Assembly (NCBI GenBank): GCA_964565615.1
Contig: CAZMFO010000003.1
Coordinates: forward strand, 2,197-66,196
From: an uncultured Candidatus Saccharibacteria bacterium
GTDB taxonomy: Bacteria > Patescibacteriota > Saccharimonadia > Saccharimonadales > JAGQNJ01
Length of the DNA stretch: 64,000 nucleotides
Reading direction: 5' to 3'
The notes beneath the pieces were generated by a model. The model saw nothing but the letters and a program-made list of their open reading frames with translations. It was not told the origin of the DNA and did not search any database. Made by a program: the position numbers and the translations under genes. This document shows, one piece after another, positions 21,107-30,301 of the stretch (the stretch's first letter is position 1; each line of letters begins with the position of its first letter).

Positions 21107-21976
21107 TCATTTAATTGCCTCAGCGCCACCGGTTATTTCGGCCAGTTCTTGGGTGATACTGGCTTGTCTTGCTGTATTAAAGGCCAGTGTCAAATCTTCA
21201 ACTAAGTCGTTGGCGTTATCGGTTGCGTTCTTCATTGCCATCATTCTCATAGAATGTTCGCTAGCCTGTGATTCATAAAACGATTGAGCTAGTTGAGCCT
21301 CTACCAACCTCTGCGTTACGCCATCTAAAACTGCTTGAGGGGAAGGTTCAATGGTTGCATCCTCTAGCTCTGGATCAATAGCTGTTTCTGTAAAAGCTGC
21401 TGGCAATAGAGCAGTAAGAGCTACTTCTTGAACGATACTAGACTTGTAATTAGTTTGAATTACATCCACGACATCAACTTCTTTTTGCGAATAAAGGTCA
21501 ATAATTGTATTAAGCAACGGTCGCAAATTGTTGGCATCGGGCTGTTCTGGAAAGTCGTTATAAACTGCCAGAATATCAATATCTTTAATTTTAGAAACAA
21601 ATTGTGATGCTTGTTTGCCGACCACAATAATTTTAGACCGAACCTTGCTTGCTTTATCTGCTTGTAATTCTTTACTTAATCGTCGTAAAACATTGCTATT
21701 GTATGCACCAGCCAACCCTCGATCACTAGTAATAACGATATGTAGTTTATTAACAATAGGGTATCGTATCTCAAACAATGGGTGTTTTTTGACATCAGTC
21801 ATCTCTCGCAAGTGAGTTAAAATTGTACTTGCTAGCACAGAATAGTCACGAGTCTTAACAACATGTTCTTGTGCACGACGCATCTTACTGGCACTAACTA
21901 GCTCCATAGCTTTTGTAATCTGTTTGGTGTTCTTGACACTAGTTATGCGTCTTTTGAGCGCAATAGTATTAGCCAT
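21107..21976 (-). CDS. atpG: F1 ATP synthase subunit gamma
   Basis: N-terminal IKRRITSVKNTKQITKAMELVSASKMRRAQ and C-terminal ITQELAEITGGAEA are gamma-subunit signatures. Confidence 0.95.
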   Translation of the reverse strand: MANTIALKRRITSVKNTKQITKAMELVSASKMRRAQEHVVKTRDYSVLASTILTHLREMTDVKKHPLFEIRYPIVNKLHIVITSDRGLAGAYNSNVLRRLSKELQADKASKVRSKIIVVGKQASQFVSKIKDIDILAVYNDFPEQPDANNLRPLLNTIIDLYSQKEVDVVDVIQTNYKSSIVQEVALTALLPAAFTETAIDPELEDATIEPSPQAVLDGVTQRLVEAQLAQSFYESQASEHSMRMMAMKNATDNANDLVEDLTLAFNTARQASITQELAEITGGAEAIK

Positions 21977-22256
21977 CTACTTCCTCCACGCCAACTATTC
22001 TACGCACTGCCTCTCCGACGACTTCCTCAACCCAAATCCTTCCGAGATCTCTCCCAAACTCTGTACCAGTTGCCTCATCAAGCTCTACAGGCTCTCCAAA
22101 CAAAGCCTGAACAACTTTTTTGGCTCCGACAATCTCGTCCGGTTTGGCATCTGGCCCAAGTACTGTATGTGCTAATACTTTGGGTAGCTGTTGATCCGAT
22201 AGCGACTTAACATCGCGTCGCATAGTATATCTAAAAAATGGTCTTTCCTTGGTCAT
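21969..22256 (-). CDS. small acidic protein of unknown function embedded in the atp operon
   Basis: 95-aa ORF filling the atpA-atpG gap. Its stop overlaps the atpG start (ATGGCTAA, 8-nt overlap). GGGAG-like RBS upstream. No TM segment and no known motif. Confidence 0.55.
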   Translation of the reverse strand: MTKERPFFRYTMRRDVKSLSDQQLPKVLAHTVLGPDAKPDEIVGAKKVVQALFGEPVELDEATGTEFGRDLGRIWVEEVVGEAVRRIVGVEEVDG

Positions 22257-22319
22257 TTGTTAGCTCCCGCCACAGAGTATCCTAACTCACAATTATAAAA
22301 GGCAGGATTAGCCAACAAT

Positions 22320-23867
22320 TTATTTAGTTTGTTCATCTTGCTCCTGATATTCTTTGGCTACACTACTTGCAGTCTTAGTGATTAGTTCGGTGATTTTATC
22401 GGACGGCTTATCGCCTTTCTCTAGCTCGGACATTTCTTTCTTGTGTTGTTTAGCCAGAGTTGACAGTAAAGCTTCTTGTGCTTTTTTAATATCTGCCACT
22501 GGCACATTGTCAAAACAACCTTCATTGGCCGATAGCAGACAAGCAGTTTGTTGCCAAATACTAAGTGGCGAGTACTGCGGTTGTTTTAGTAGCTCCGTTA
22601 GGCGTTGCCCTCGCTCAATAGTCTTTTTAGTATCAGCATCAAGGTCTGTTGAAAATTGAGCAAAAGCTGCCAGTTCCCTAAACTGGGCTAAAGCTAAGCG
22701 TAAGTGGCTAGCCACGCTACGAATTGCTTTGGTTTGAGCAGAACCCCCAACACGCGAAACCGACAAACCAACCGAAATGGCAGGCCTAATACCTTGGTAA
22801 AACAGGTTTGTTTCCATAAAAATTTGCCCATCTGTGATAGAAATAACATTTGTGGGAATATAGGCACTGATGTCGCCCGCTTGAGTCTCGATTATCGGCA
22901 GAGCGGTCAACGAACCTCCACCCAACTTGTCGTTTAGTTTAGCCGAACGCTCTAGAAGGCGAGAATGTAGGTAAAACACATCACCGGGATACGCCTCTCG
23001 TCCCGGAGGGCGTCGCAATAGCAATGACATCTGCCGATAGGCTGCAGCATGCTTAGAAAGATCATCATAAATAATCAATGCATGGCCACCATTGTCTCGA
23101 AAATACTCACCCATAGCAGTCCCTGCATACGGAGCTAAATACTGTAAGCTGGCTGGGTCTGATGCACTGGTCGCTACAATAATCGTTTGATCCATCACGC
23201 CTTCGCGCTTTAGTCTCTCCACTAAACGAGCAACCTTGCTTAACTTTTGACCAACTGCAACATAGATATTTATAACTCCAGTACCTTGACGATGTTGATT
23301 AATCATAGTGTCTACTGCTATGGCTGTTTTTCCAGTTTGTCTATCGCCGATAATTAGCTCTCGCTGACCTCGACCGATCGGTACCATTGAGTCAATTGCT
23401 AAAATACCCGTCATCAACGGTTCGTGGACACTCTTTCTGTCTAAGACGCCCGGAGCGGTTCGTTCAATTAAGCTAGTTTTTCTGGTTTTGATTGGACCTC
23501 TATCGTCAAGAGGTTGCCCCAATGGGTTAACCACTCGCCCTACTAGCTCCTCGCCGACAGGTACTTCTAAAATTTTTCCACTAAGTCGCACCTTTGCACC
23601 AGCAACAACTTTAATATCCTCACCCAAAAGCACAGCACCAATCTCGTCTTCCATTAAATTTAGGGCAAAGGCTGGCACAGTTTGTCCATCAGCACCCTCA
23701 ATCTCTAGCATTTCGCTATAGCCAGTCTCCGAAAGCCCATAAATCCAGGCAATACCGTCTCCTACACGGGTTACAATCCCCACCTTTTCGGCATCTACTG
23801 ATTTCTTTAGCTCCTCAATCGCACTACGGACATCTTTAGCTAATTCTTTTACAGATATGTTATTCAT
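22320..23867 (-). CDS. atpA: F1 ATP synthase subunit alpha
   Basis: Walker [19 protein letters not shown], and a full-length alpha subunit pattern. Confidence 0.97.
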   Translation of the reverse strand: MNNISVKELAKDVRSAIEELKKSVDAEKVGIVTRVGDGIAWIYGLSETGYSEMLEIEGADGQTVPAFALNLMEDEIGAVLLGEDIKVVAGAKVRLSGKILEVPVGEELVGRVVNPLGQPLDDRGPIKTRKTSLIERTAPGVLDRKSVHEPLMTGILAIDSMVPIGRGQRELIIGDRQTGKTAIAVDTMINQHRQGTGVINIYVAVGQKLSKVARLVERLKREGVMDQTIIVATSASDPASLQYLAPYAGTAMGEYFRDNGGHALIIYDDLSKHAAAYRQMSLLLRRPPGREAYPGDVFYLHSRLLERSAKLNDKLGGGSLTALPIIETQAGDISAYIPTNVISITDGQIFMETNLFYQGIRPAISVGLSVSRVGGSAQTKAIRSVASHLRLALAQFRELAAFAQFSTDLDADTKKTIERGQRLTELLKQPQYSPLSIWQQTACLLSANEGCFDNVPVADIKKAQEALLSTLAKQHKKEMSELEKGDKPSDKITELITKTASSVAKEYQEQDEQTK

Positions 23868-23874
23868 TTATTCT

Positions 23875-24252
23875 TTATGCTCCTATCTTCATTTTGTTTA
23901 ATCGGTTGCGTACGGTCAGATCTAGATAATAATTACTAGACTCAATCCGAACACCACCGATTACGCTTTTATCAATTACTTGGTTAATTACAAGCTCATT
24001 GTTACCCAAGATCCGCTTAACTTCTGACAAAATTGCTGGTGTTGCGGTAACAGCCGTTGTTATTGTCACCTCTGTTATGTTATGTAACAACTGTCGTAAT
24101 CTCTCAACCTCTCGCATTATCGTCCCTAAATCACTAGTACGCCGAGACTCCACAATGTAAGCAGAGACCTTTGTCGCCAAATCGTTTGAAGAATGAGTAA
24201 CCGCCATTTCTAGGATAGCCCTAGCGATTTCTGTAGCACTTGGTTGAGCCAT
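23875..24252 (-). CDS. atpH: F1 ATP synthase subunit delta (OSCP), unusually short
   Basis: Position between atpF and atpA. The C-terminal VIGGVRIESSNYYLDLTVRNRL matches the delta C-terminal domain. Only 125 aa. Confidence 0.75.
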   Translation of the reverse strand: MAQPSATEIARAILEMAVTHSSNDLATKVSAYIVESRRTSDLGTIMREVERLRQLLHNITEVTITTAVTATPAILSEVKRILGNNELVINQVIDKSVIGGVRIESSNYYLDLTVRNRLNKMKIGA

Positions 24253-24798
24253 CTATAAACTCCTAACCTTTGACAGAGCCTGTTCAATCATAGAGGCGTC
24301 TTTTTTGGCATCTAGTTTTTCTTGAATAATAATTGCCGAAGCTTCGGCAACCAACTGACGCACTTCTTTTTCAAGGTTTTGTCGTGCCTCGATTATATCT
24401 TCTTGGATTTTGGCTCGGGCATCAGCAAGTAATGTGTTGGCCTTGCGTATGGCAATTTCTTCAGCTTCGCGAATAATACCGCCGGCCTCCTCACGACTTT
24501 GAGCAATTATATTATCTGCTTCAACTCTGGTCTTTTTTAATTGAGCCTCGATTTGCTGGCTTAATTTATCTTTTTCGGCTTGCATCTGACGACCCAGCCG
24601 AACACCCTTGTCAATTGTTCGACGGCGATCTTCTAGCGTTTGAACAATCTTTTCTAAAGCGAAGTGTTTAATAATCCAAAACAGAACTAAAAATGTAGTT
24701 GCCTGTGCCAAAATTGCCCAAATATCTATTCCTAAAGAAGCAATACCTTGCGTTTGTTCACTAGAACCAAATAATGTTAATACCTGCATTATCTCCAT
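24253..24798 (-). CDS. atpF: Fo ATP synthase subunit b
   Basis: One N-terminal TM helix followed by a long charged coiled-coil, plus operon position. Confidence 0.85.
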   Translation of the reverse strand: MEIMQVLTLFGSSEQTQGIASLGIDIWAILAQATTFLVLFWIIKHFALEKIVQTLEDRRRTIDKGVRLGRQMQAEKDKLSQQIEAQLKKTRVEADNIIAQSREEAGGIIREAEEIAIRKANTLLADARAKIQEDIIEARQNLEKEVRQLVAEASAIIIQEKLDAKKDASMIEQALSKVRSL

Positions 24799-24917
24799 AA
24801 TTTCTTGTTAATTATACCATAAATTTGCTTGTTTTGTTTTTTGGCAAAATAGTTTTGGCTAGAACTATGTTGATATTAATGTATCTATTGGCTCTAGCCA
24901 AAATTGCCATACCTTTT

Positions 24918-25169
24918 TTATGAAAGCAAAAAGGCGCCCAAAAGAAAGGCCAAAAGCGCAGTAACTTCTACCATAGCAGCGATAATAATAATCTGCCCGG
25001 CAGCCTTACCGGCCTCTGGGTTCCGCCCCAAAGCCTTCATATAACTAGAGCCAATCCACGCCAAACCGAAAGCCGCTGCGCCCAGTGCAATACCGAGCAT
25101 AATAGCTTTTGACATAATCGGCGAGCTACCAGCTGTCTCTGAAGCAAAAGTTGTTAAATTTGGTACCAT
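24918..25169 (-). CDS. atpE: Fo ATP synthase subunit c
   Basis: 83-aa helical hairpin with the RNPE loop and a carboxylate in helix 2 (AAMVEVTALLAF). Confidence 0.9.
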   Translation of the reverse strand: MVPNLTTFASETAGSSPIMSKAIMLGIALGAAAFGLAWIGSSYMKALGRNPEAGKAAGQIIIIAAMVEVTALLAFLLGAFLLS

Positions 25170-25234
25170 TGTATCTCCTTTGCTGTGCGTTAACTTAATA
25201 ACACCCAGTCTATTTTTTTACCTTAATAAATGGT

Positions 25235-26077
25235 TTAACCACCATTTGATGCCTCGACCTTCTTGTTAACATCTGTTTGGTGATCATTATGATGGCTATC
25301 ATCTGCATGGGCGATAGCTAACCCCAAATAAGTGGCACTCAAAATGGTAAATACATAAGCCTGAATTCCGGCCACTAAAGCCTCAAACAATAAAATTGGA
25401 ATAACTGCTATTGGTGTTCTCCCGCCAGAGAGAACCAATGAGGTGAATACTGTGATCAATATCTCTCCTACCGCTGTATTAAGAAACAGTCGCAGGCTTA
25501 AGCTCAATATTCTAGTAAATTCACCAAAAACCTCCAACAGCCCAATAAAAAAGTTTATCGGGTTCCATGGCTTATCACTAAAATAATGTTGTAGGTGTTT
25601 TTTGCCACCTTGCTCTCTAATGGACAATATCTGCACAGTAATTATGGCGACGATGCTCATAGCAATTGTGCCGTTAAGATCGGCAGTAAAAGGCCTGAAC
25701 AATGTAGTGCTTTGGTTATGAAGTGTAGCATTAAGCCCCTCACCAACCCATGGCACCAACTCAAGCAAATTGGCAAAGATAATAAACATAAAATAGTAAC
25801 CAAAAATTGGTGCGTACTTTATCGCCCTCACTCTTGACCCCAACGGGGACTCCAGCAAATTAATAACAAACTCCACTAAAACATCAATAATGGAAGAAAA
25901 GCCTTTTGAACCATTAGGTTTAATTTTGTTTGCTGACCAAATTAATACTAACGCCATAAATATACCAGTAAGTAAGCCATAAATCATAGAATTAGTTATA
26001 GTAAATCCACCCAATTGCATAATCGGCTCTGCCTTTAAGCTAATATGCAGTTTGGAGTTGGCGAAGTAAGACAACAC
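25235..26077 (-). CDS. atpB: Fo ATP synthase subunit a
   Basis: Polytopic. LSLSLRLFLN carries the essential Arg. First gene of the operon. Confidence 0.9.
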   Translation of the reverse strand: MLSYFANSKLHISLKAEPIMQLGGFTITNSMIYGLLTGIFMALVLIWSANKIKPNGSKGFSSIIDVLVEFVINLLESPLGSRVRAIKYAPIFGYYFMFIIFANLLELVPWVGEGLNATLHNQSTTLFRPFTADLNGTIAMSIVAIITVQILSIREQGGKKHLQHYFSDKPWNPINFFIGLLEVFGEFTRILSLSLRLFLNTAVGEILITVFTSLVLSGGRTPIAVIPILLFEALVAGIQAYVFTILSATYLGLAIAHADDSHHNDHQTDVNKKVEASNGG

Positions 26078-26221
26078 TTAAATAATGCCTCTGTTAAGCT
26101 TAAAGACACGAGGCATAGTCGTCGTCAGATGGGCAACGGCTGTTTTACACATTCGTTTGACATTGTACCAGAGGTGCTTAGAAAGGTGCAAATTTTTCCT
26201 ACATTTGATACAATGTTAAGT

Positions 26222-26464
26222 ATGGTAACTGTTTACACCACACCAACTTGTGCTTTTTGCTATACCCTTAAAGAGTATTTGCATGATAAAAAAATTCAAT
26301 TTACCGAAAAAGACCTTACCCAAGATCAAGAAGCCCAAAAGTGGGTCATAGAGAATACCGGCCAATTGGCTGTTCCTGTTATCGATATTGACGGATCTGT
26401 GGTGATAGGTTTTGATCGCCCAAAGATTGAGGCTCTCCTAAGAGAAAAGAAGCTACTAAAATAA
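26222..26464 (+). CDS. glutaredoxin-like protein (NrdH/GrxC-type)
   Basis: VYTTPTCAFCYTLKEYL CxxC motif and a thioredoxin fold of about 80 aa. The tracked ORF start at 26045 overlaps atpB and is probably spurious. Internal ATGs at 26213 and 26222. Confidence 0.8.
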   Translation: MVTVYTTPTCAFCYTLKEYLHDKKIQFTEKDLTQDQEAQKWVIENTGQLAVPVIDIDGSVVIGFDRPKIEALLREKKLLK

Positions 26465-26529
26465 CCTCCAGCCTTTATTAACATAGTAGCAGGCTATAAA
26501 ACAGCTCTCTTGTAATGTAGTCAACTTGG

Positions 26530-26967
26530 TTGTATAATCTGACTATGGGAGAACTTTACGAAGCCCTAGAGTTTATGCGTGATACTCTCTACAGCAATTC
26601 ACTTGGTGTTACCCGAACGAGACGCATTTCTACACTTGCTAAGTTTTTTATGTCTAGCAATTTTCAAGATGATGATCCATTAGTAGAGATTGTGGAGTAT
26701 TTTCCTAAAAGCACCGAGATAGAAGGATGGGTAAGCAATAATCAACGCAAAATCTCAAGCCTACGCCGAGAAAATCCCCGCGATTACTTTACTAACCGTT
26801 ATGACCTAGAAGAACTTATTGATGATCGGTTTGCTAAGAGCAGGTGGATAGAAAACTGCCAGCATGGCTCTAGACTATTACCCTTCAACGAAGAAGTCGC
26901 AGAAGCAACTATTGTTGTTAAGCTCTTATACGAACAAGCAGACAGAGAAAGACAAAACAATCTCTAG
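26530..26967 (+). CDS. hypothetical protein
   Basis: 145-aa ORF with no recognised motif. Confidence 0.45.
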   Translation: MYNLTMGELYEALEFMRDTLYSNSLGVTRTRRISTLAKFFMSSNFQDDDPLVEIVEYFPKSTEIEGWVSNNQRKISSLRRENPRDYFTNRYDLEELIDDRFAKSRWIENCQHGSRLLPFNEEVAEATIVVKLLYEQADRERQNNL

Positions 26968-26972
26968 ATAAC

Positions 26973-27593
26973 TTGTCAATTTATACTAAATCTACTAGCA
27001 AAATGAGTTATGCTGGATATATGGCGTTTGAGGACTACCGACAAAAAAGTAGCGTAACGATTGTCTATACTGGCGAGAGTAAGGGGAAAACTAGTGCGTC
27101 TCTTGGACTACTAATGCGAGCTCTTGGTAACCGCTGGAGTGTTGCATATTTACAATTTATAAAATATTGGGGGGTTGGTGAGCATATTTTTTTACGAGAC
27201 ATTCAAGATTTATACAAGAAAAAACTCTATGTTTACCGAGGAGGGAAGGGGTTTTATCATGCTGGCGAATTAAGCGCCACGAACATTAGCGACAAAGAGC
27301 ACAAAGAGTCTGCTAAAAGAACATTTGAAGAAGCCAAAAAATCAATCGTCTCTCATAATTATAATCTAGTTATTTGCGACGAAATTAGCAATGCCGTGAA
27401 CGATGGCCTAATAAAACACGACCATCTAAAAACACTCTTACTATTAGCAAAAGAAGAAGAAATAAGTCTTTGTTTAACAGGTCGTAATTTTCCGACTGAT
27501 TTATTAGACTATGTTGATATTGCTACAAATATGACAAAAATTAAGCATCATTTTGACGATAAGTTCCTTGCAAATAAAGGTATTGACTACTAA
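26973..27593 (+). CDS. CobA/CobO/BtuR-family ATP:corrinoid adenosyltransferase-like P-loop protein
   Basis: YTGESKGKTSASLGLLMRALG...VAYLQFIK and ...ICDEISNA match the family's P-loop and DE motifs. The start could be the ATG at 27003. Confidence 0.65.
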   Translation: MSIYTKSTSKMSYAGYMAFEDYRQKSSVTIVYTGESKGKTSASLGLLMRALGNRWSVAYLQFIKYWGVGEHIFLRDIQDLYKKKLYVYRGGKGFYHAGELSATNISDKEHKESAKRTFEEAKKSIVSHNYNLVICDEISNAVNDGLIKHDHLKTLLLLAKEEEISLCLTGRNFPTDLLDYVDIATNMTKIKHHFDDKFLANKGIDY

Positions 27594-27604
27594 AGGATGG
27601 CAAA

Positions 27605-28198
27605 ATGTTATTACCAAAAAAGATACAAAAACGGCTATTAACAGCTTTCATTATGTTGCTTTTGCTCGGACTTGGGGCAATCAGCGAACATCAAGGGTGG
27701 AATATACCATCAAAATCGGCCATTAATAAGATCTCTCAAGCTCCAATTAATGGGGCCTACCGAGTTGTTGCCTTTGACGACGGCGATACAATTATTGTTG
27801 ATATGGATGGCAACAAGGAAACTATCCGTTTTATTGGAGTTGACACACCAGAGGTTAAAGATCCTCGCAAACCTGTGCAATGTTTTGGCAAGCTAGCCAG
27901 CGAGTTTACTAAACAGTTAATTGGTAATAATCCCGTTAGGCTAGAGGCAGACCCTACCAACACCAATCGAGATCGCTACAACAGACTGCTAAGATATGTC
28001 TATTTACCAGACGGCACATTAGTTAATGCCGAGATCATCAAGCAAGGCTATGGCTTTGCTTATACCAGCTTTCCGTTTACCAAAAAGGACGAATTTAGGA
28101 CACTAGAAAAACAGGCTCGCGAAGAAAATCGAGGTCTTTGGGGTAGTTGCCAGACAGGCACAGACGAGCGTGGCTATAACACCATAAACAACGACTAG
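27605..28198 (+). CDS. secreted thermonuclease (staphylococcal nuclease/SNase fold)
   Basis: Signal anchor, then RFIGVDTPE, DRYNRLLRYVY and NAEIIKQGYGFAY motifs. Confidence 0.85.
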   Translation: MLLPKKIQKRLLTAFIMLLLLGLGAISEHQGWNIPSKSAINKISQAPINGAYRVVAFDDGDTIIVDMDGNKETIRFIGVDTPEVKDPRKPVQCFGKLASEFTKQLIGNNPVRLEADPTNTNRDRYNRLLRYVYLPDGTLVNAEIIKQGYGFAYTSFPFTKKDEFRTLEKQAREENRGLWGSCQTGTDERGYNTINND

Positions 28199-29055
28199 TC
28201 CATAGGATGCTTGCGTGCTTGTTTTGGCGAAAAAAGCTGTTTAATATGAAACTGCTTCTTGTCAGTATCGTACATTAACCTTAACGGCCTTAATAAAAAG
28301 TAAGCAAAAATGTATGTTGCCATAGCAAATTTGGCTGTATTTGTCTCAATGCCATGGTGCGCAAAAGATGATTTATAAAATGACATATAACGATAAAAAT
28401 CTTTAGGATTATTATCAAACCGTCGTGCCGACATACCGACTACCATATTTGCACGATAAGCAATATGCACCCCCACTTGAGTTAAGTGAATACCGATATC
28501 CAGATCTTCGTGAATTTCTTTGCTAGTACAAAAATCTTTTTTGTGATTGTTCCAGACACTTCGACGAATTGCCATATTAGTTCCAAACAAGTAAGGGAAG
28601 TCGTCGTTAAATTTATCAATTGCTTGACGAATAGTTTTATCTATTTTAAAGCCAGTTCGTCTAAAAGGCATATCATAATAAACAACTGGGCCAGTTGAAG
28701 CCCCTACCGAACTATCAGAAAATATCTGCCGAACATTATTACACCAACTATCTGCCAAAATAGAATCGGCATCAATTCTCCCGATAATATCGCCCGATGC
28801 CTTATTGAACCCTTTATTTCGCGCCCATAGTACACCTTGCTGTTTTTCGGTTATAACCTTAACGAAACCATAGGACCTAGCAATATCAATACTTTTGTCG
28901 GTAGAGTTGTTGTCTACCACAATAACCTCATCGGGAGGATCAGTTTGCCATGCAATGCTTTCTAGGCATGTTTTTAGGTGACTTTCTTCGTTGTAAACTG
29001 GTATAATTATTGATAGTGTTAATGGTTTTTTGTTCACTACATTATATTTTAACAA
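28195..29055 (-). CDS. family 2 glycosyltransferase
   Basis: LSIIIPVYNEESHLKTCLESI, VVDNNSTD and GRIDADS (DxD) motifs. The tracked ORF runs to 29355, but the upstream 100 aa overlap the divergent gene. TTG at 29055 or GTG at 29037 are the likelier starts. Confidence 0.75.
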   Translation of the reverse strand: MLKYNVVNKKPLTLSIIIPVYNEESHLKTCLESIAWQTDPPDEVIVVDNNSTDKSIDIARSYGFVKVITEKQQGVLWARNKGFNKASGDIIGRIDADSILADSWCNNVRQIFSDSSVGASTGPVVYYDMPFRRTGFKIDKTIRQAIDKFNDDFPYLFGTNMAIRRSVWNNHKKDFCTSKEIHEDLDIGIHLTQVGVHIAYRANMVVGMSARRFDNNPKDFYRYMSFYKSSFAHHGIETNTAKFAMATYIFAYFLLRPLRLMYDTDKKQFHIKQLFSPKQARKHPMD

Positions 29056-30258
29056 ATGAATAAATCTAAAGACAGTTTGGCTCAACCGGCACTCAATACA
29101 AAGCTCCACAGCAGGGTCATTAAGCATACTCGGACGAAAATCCAAACCCATACCAAACAGACTAAGCAGTGGTATCAAAGACGCGACATAATCCAAAAAA
29201 TAACAATCTGGACGGCTATTACTGTAATTACTACTGTTAGCACAATGTACAGTATTGCTCGCTGGTACATCTGGCAAAACAAGAGTAAGCCATTGGTGGT
29301 TGGGGTAACCTTTATCCCTCGTTATGCTAGATATTATAATCTTGACCCCAAACAAACTATGCGAGCTCTAATTGATGAGCTAAACATTAAACAGTTTAGG
29401 CTTGTCAGTTACTGGGATGATATTGAACCTGTTAGAGGGCAGTTCGATTTTTCGGAGCTAGACTGGCAATTTAAATATGCCGAAGATGCTGGCGCTAAAG
29501 TGTCGCTAGCTATCGGGCTTCGTCAACCCCGCTGGCCGGAATGCCACATACCAGCTTGGGCGCGGAACCAGCCCAAAGAACAATGGCAAAGTAGCCTAAA
29601 AGATTATATGCAGATCGTCATCGATCGTTACAAAACCAGTCCAGCACTAGAAAGTTATCAACTAGAGAACGAGTTTTTTATGACGGTCTTTGGCGAATGC
29701 CCAGACCATAGCCGAGACCGCCTTATTGATGAATACGAGTTTGTTAAAAGAGCCGATCCGACCCACCCTGTAATAATCAGCCGAAGCAATAATGCTGTTG
29801 GATTGCCCATTGGAAAGCCTCGCCCAGATAAATTTGGAATTTCTATTTACAAGCGAGTATGGGATAAAACTATCACAAAACGCTACTTTGAATATCCCTT
29901 TCCGGCTTGGTTTTACGGGTTTTTGGCCGGAGCAGGGAAGATTGCCACCGGTAAAGATATGATTATTCATGAACTTCAGGCCGAACCTTGGGCGCCTACC
30001 GAGACCAAAGTAGCCACTCTAGCAGAGCAAAACAAATCTCTTGACGCTAACCGCTTACGCCAGCGCTTTACTTATGGCGAAGCAACAGGGATGCGCGAGA
30101 TGTATTTGTGGGGTGCAGAGTGGTGGTACTGGCGAAAGGCTAAGTTTAATGACACGAGTATCTGGGATGTCGCCAAGCAAGAAATCTTCCGCATTCAATC
30201 ACAGCAAAATAATTGTCAGGTTCCTAATAACAACCAAAACAACCTTCCACCCTGTTAA
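29056..30258 (+). CDS. membrane-anchored clan GH-A (TIM-barrel) glycoside hydrolase
   Basis: Basic N-terminus plus TM helix, then WDDIEPVRGQFDFSELD, acid/base YQLENEFF and candidate nucleophile IIHELQAEPW. Confidence 0.6.
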   Translation: MNKSKDSLAQPALNTKLHSRVIKHTRTKIQTHTKQTKQWYQRRDIIQKITIWTAITVITTVSTMYSIARWYIWQNKSKPLVVGVTFIPRYARYYNLDPKQTMRALIDELNIKQFRLVSYWDDIEPVRGQFDFSELDWQFKYAEDAGAKVSLAIGLRQPRWPECHIPAWARNQPKEQWQSSLKDYMQIVIDRYKTSPALESYQLENEFFMTVFGECPDHSRDRLIDEYEFVKRADPTHPVIISRSNNAVGLPIGKPRPDKFGISIYKRVWDKTITKRYFEYPFPAWFYGFLAGAGKIATGKDMIIHELQAEPWAPTETKVATLAEQNKSLDANRLRQRFTYGEATGMREMYLWGAEWWYWRKAKFNDTSIWDVAKQEIFRIQSQQNNCQVPNNNQNNLPPC

Positions 30259-30301
30259 AGACTTGTTGATTTGATTGTTTATTGCCATACTTAGTGTAGT
30301 A

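Noticed and set aside
26045-26221. N-terminal 59 codons of the tracked glutaredoxin ORF.
   Set aside because: This part overlaps the 5' end of atpB on the opposite strand and has no thioredoxin-fold sequence. The domain begins at the internal Met codons at 26213 and 26222.
30275-30301. Tracked upstream alternative starts for smpB (30275) and the SDR gene (56806).
   Set aside because: The extensions add hydrophobic or nonsense-like residues, and 56806 overlaps the preceding HsdR fragment. Internal ATGs at 30302 and 56878 give canonical N-termini.
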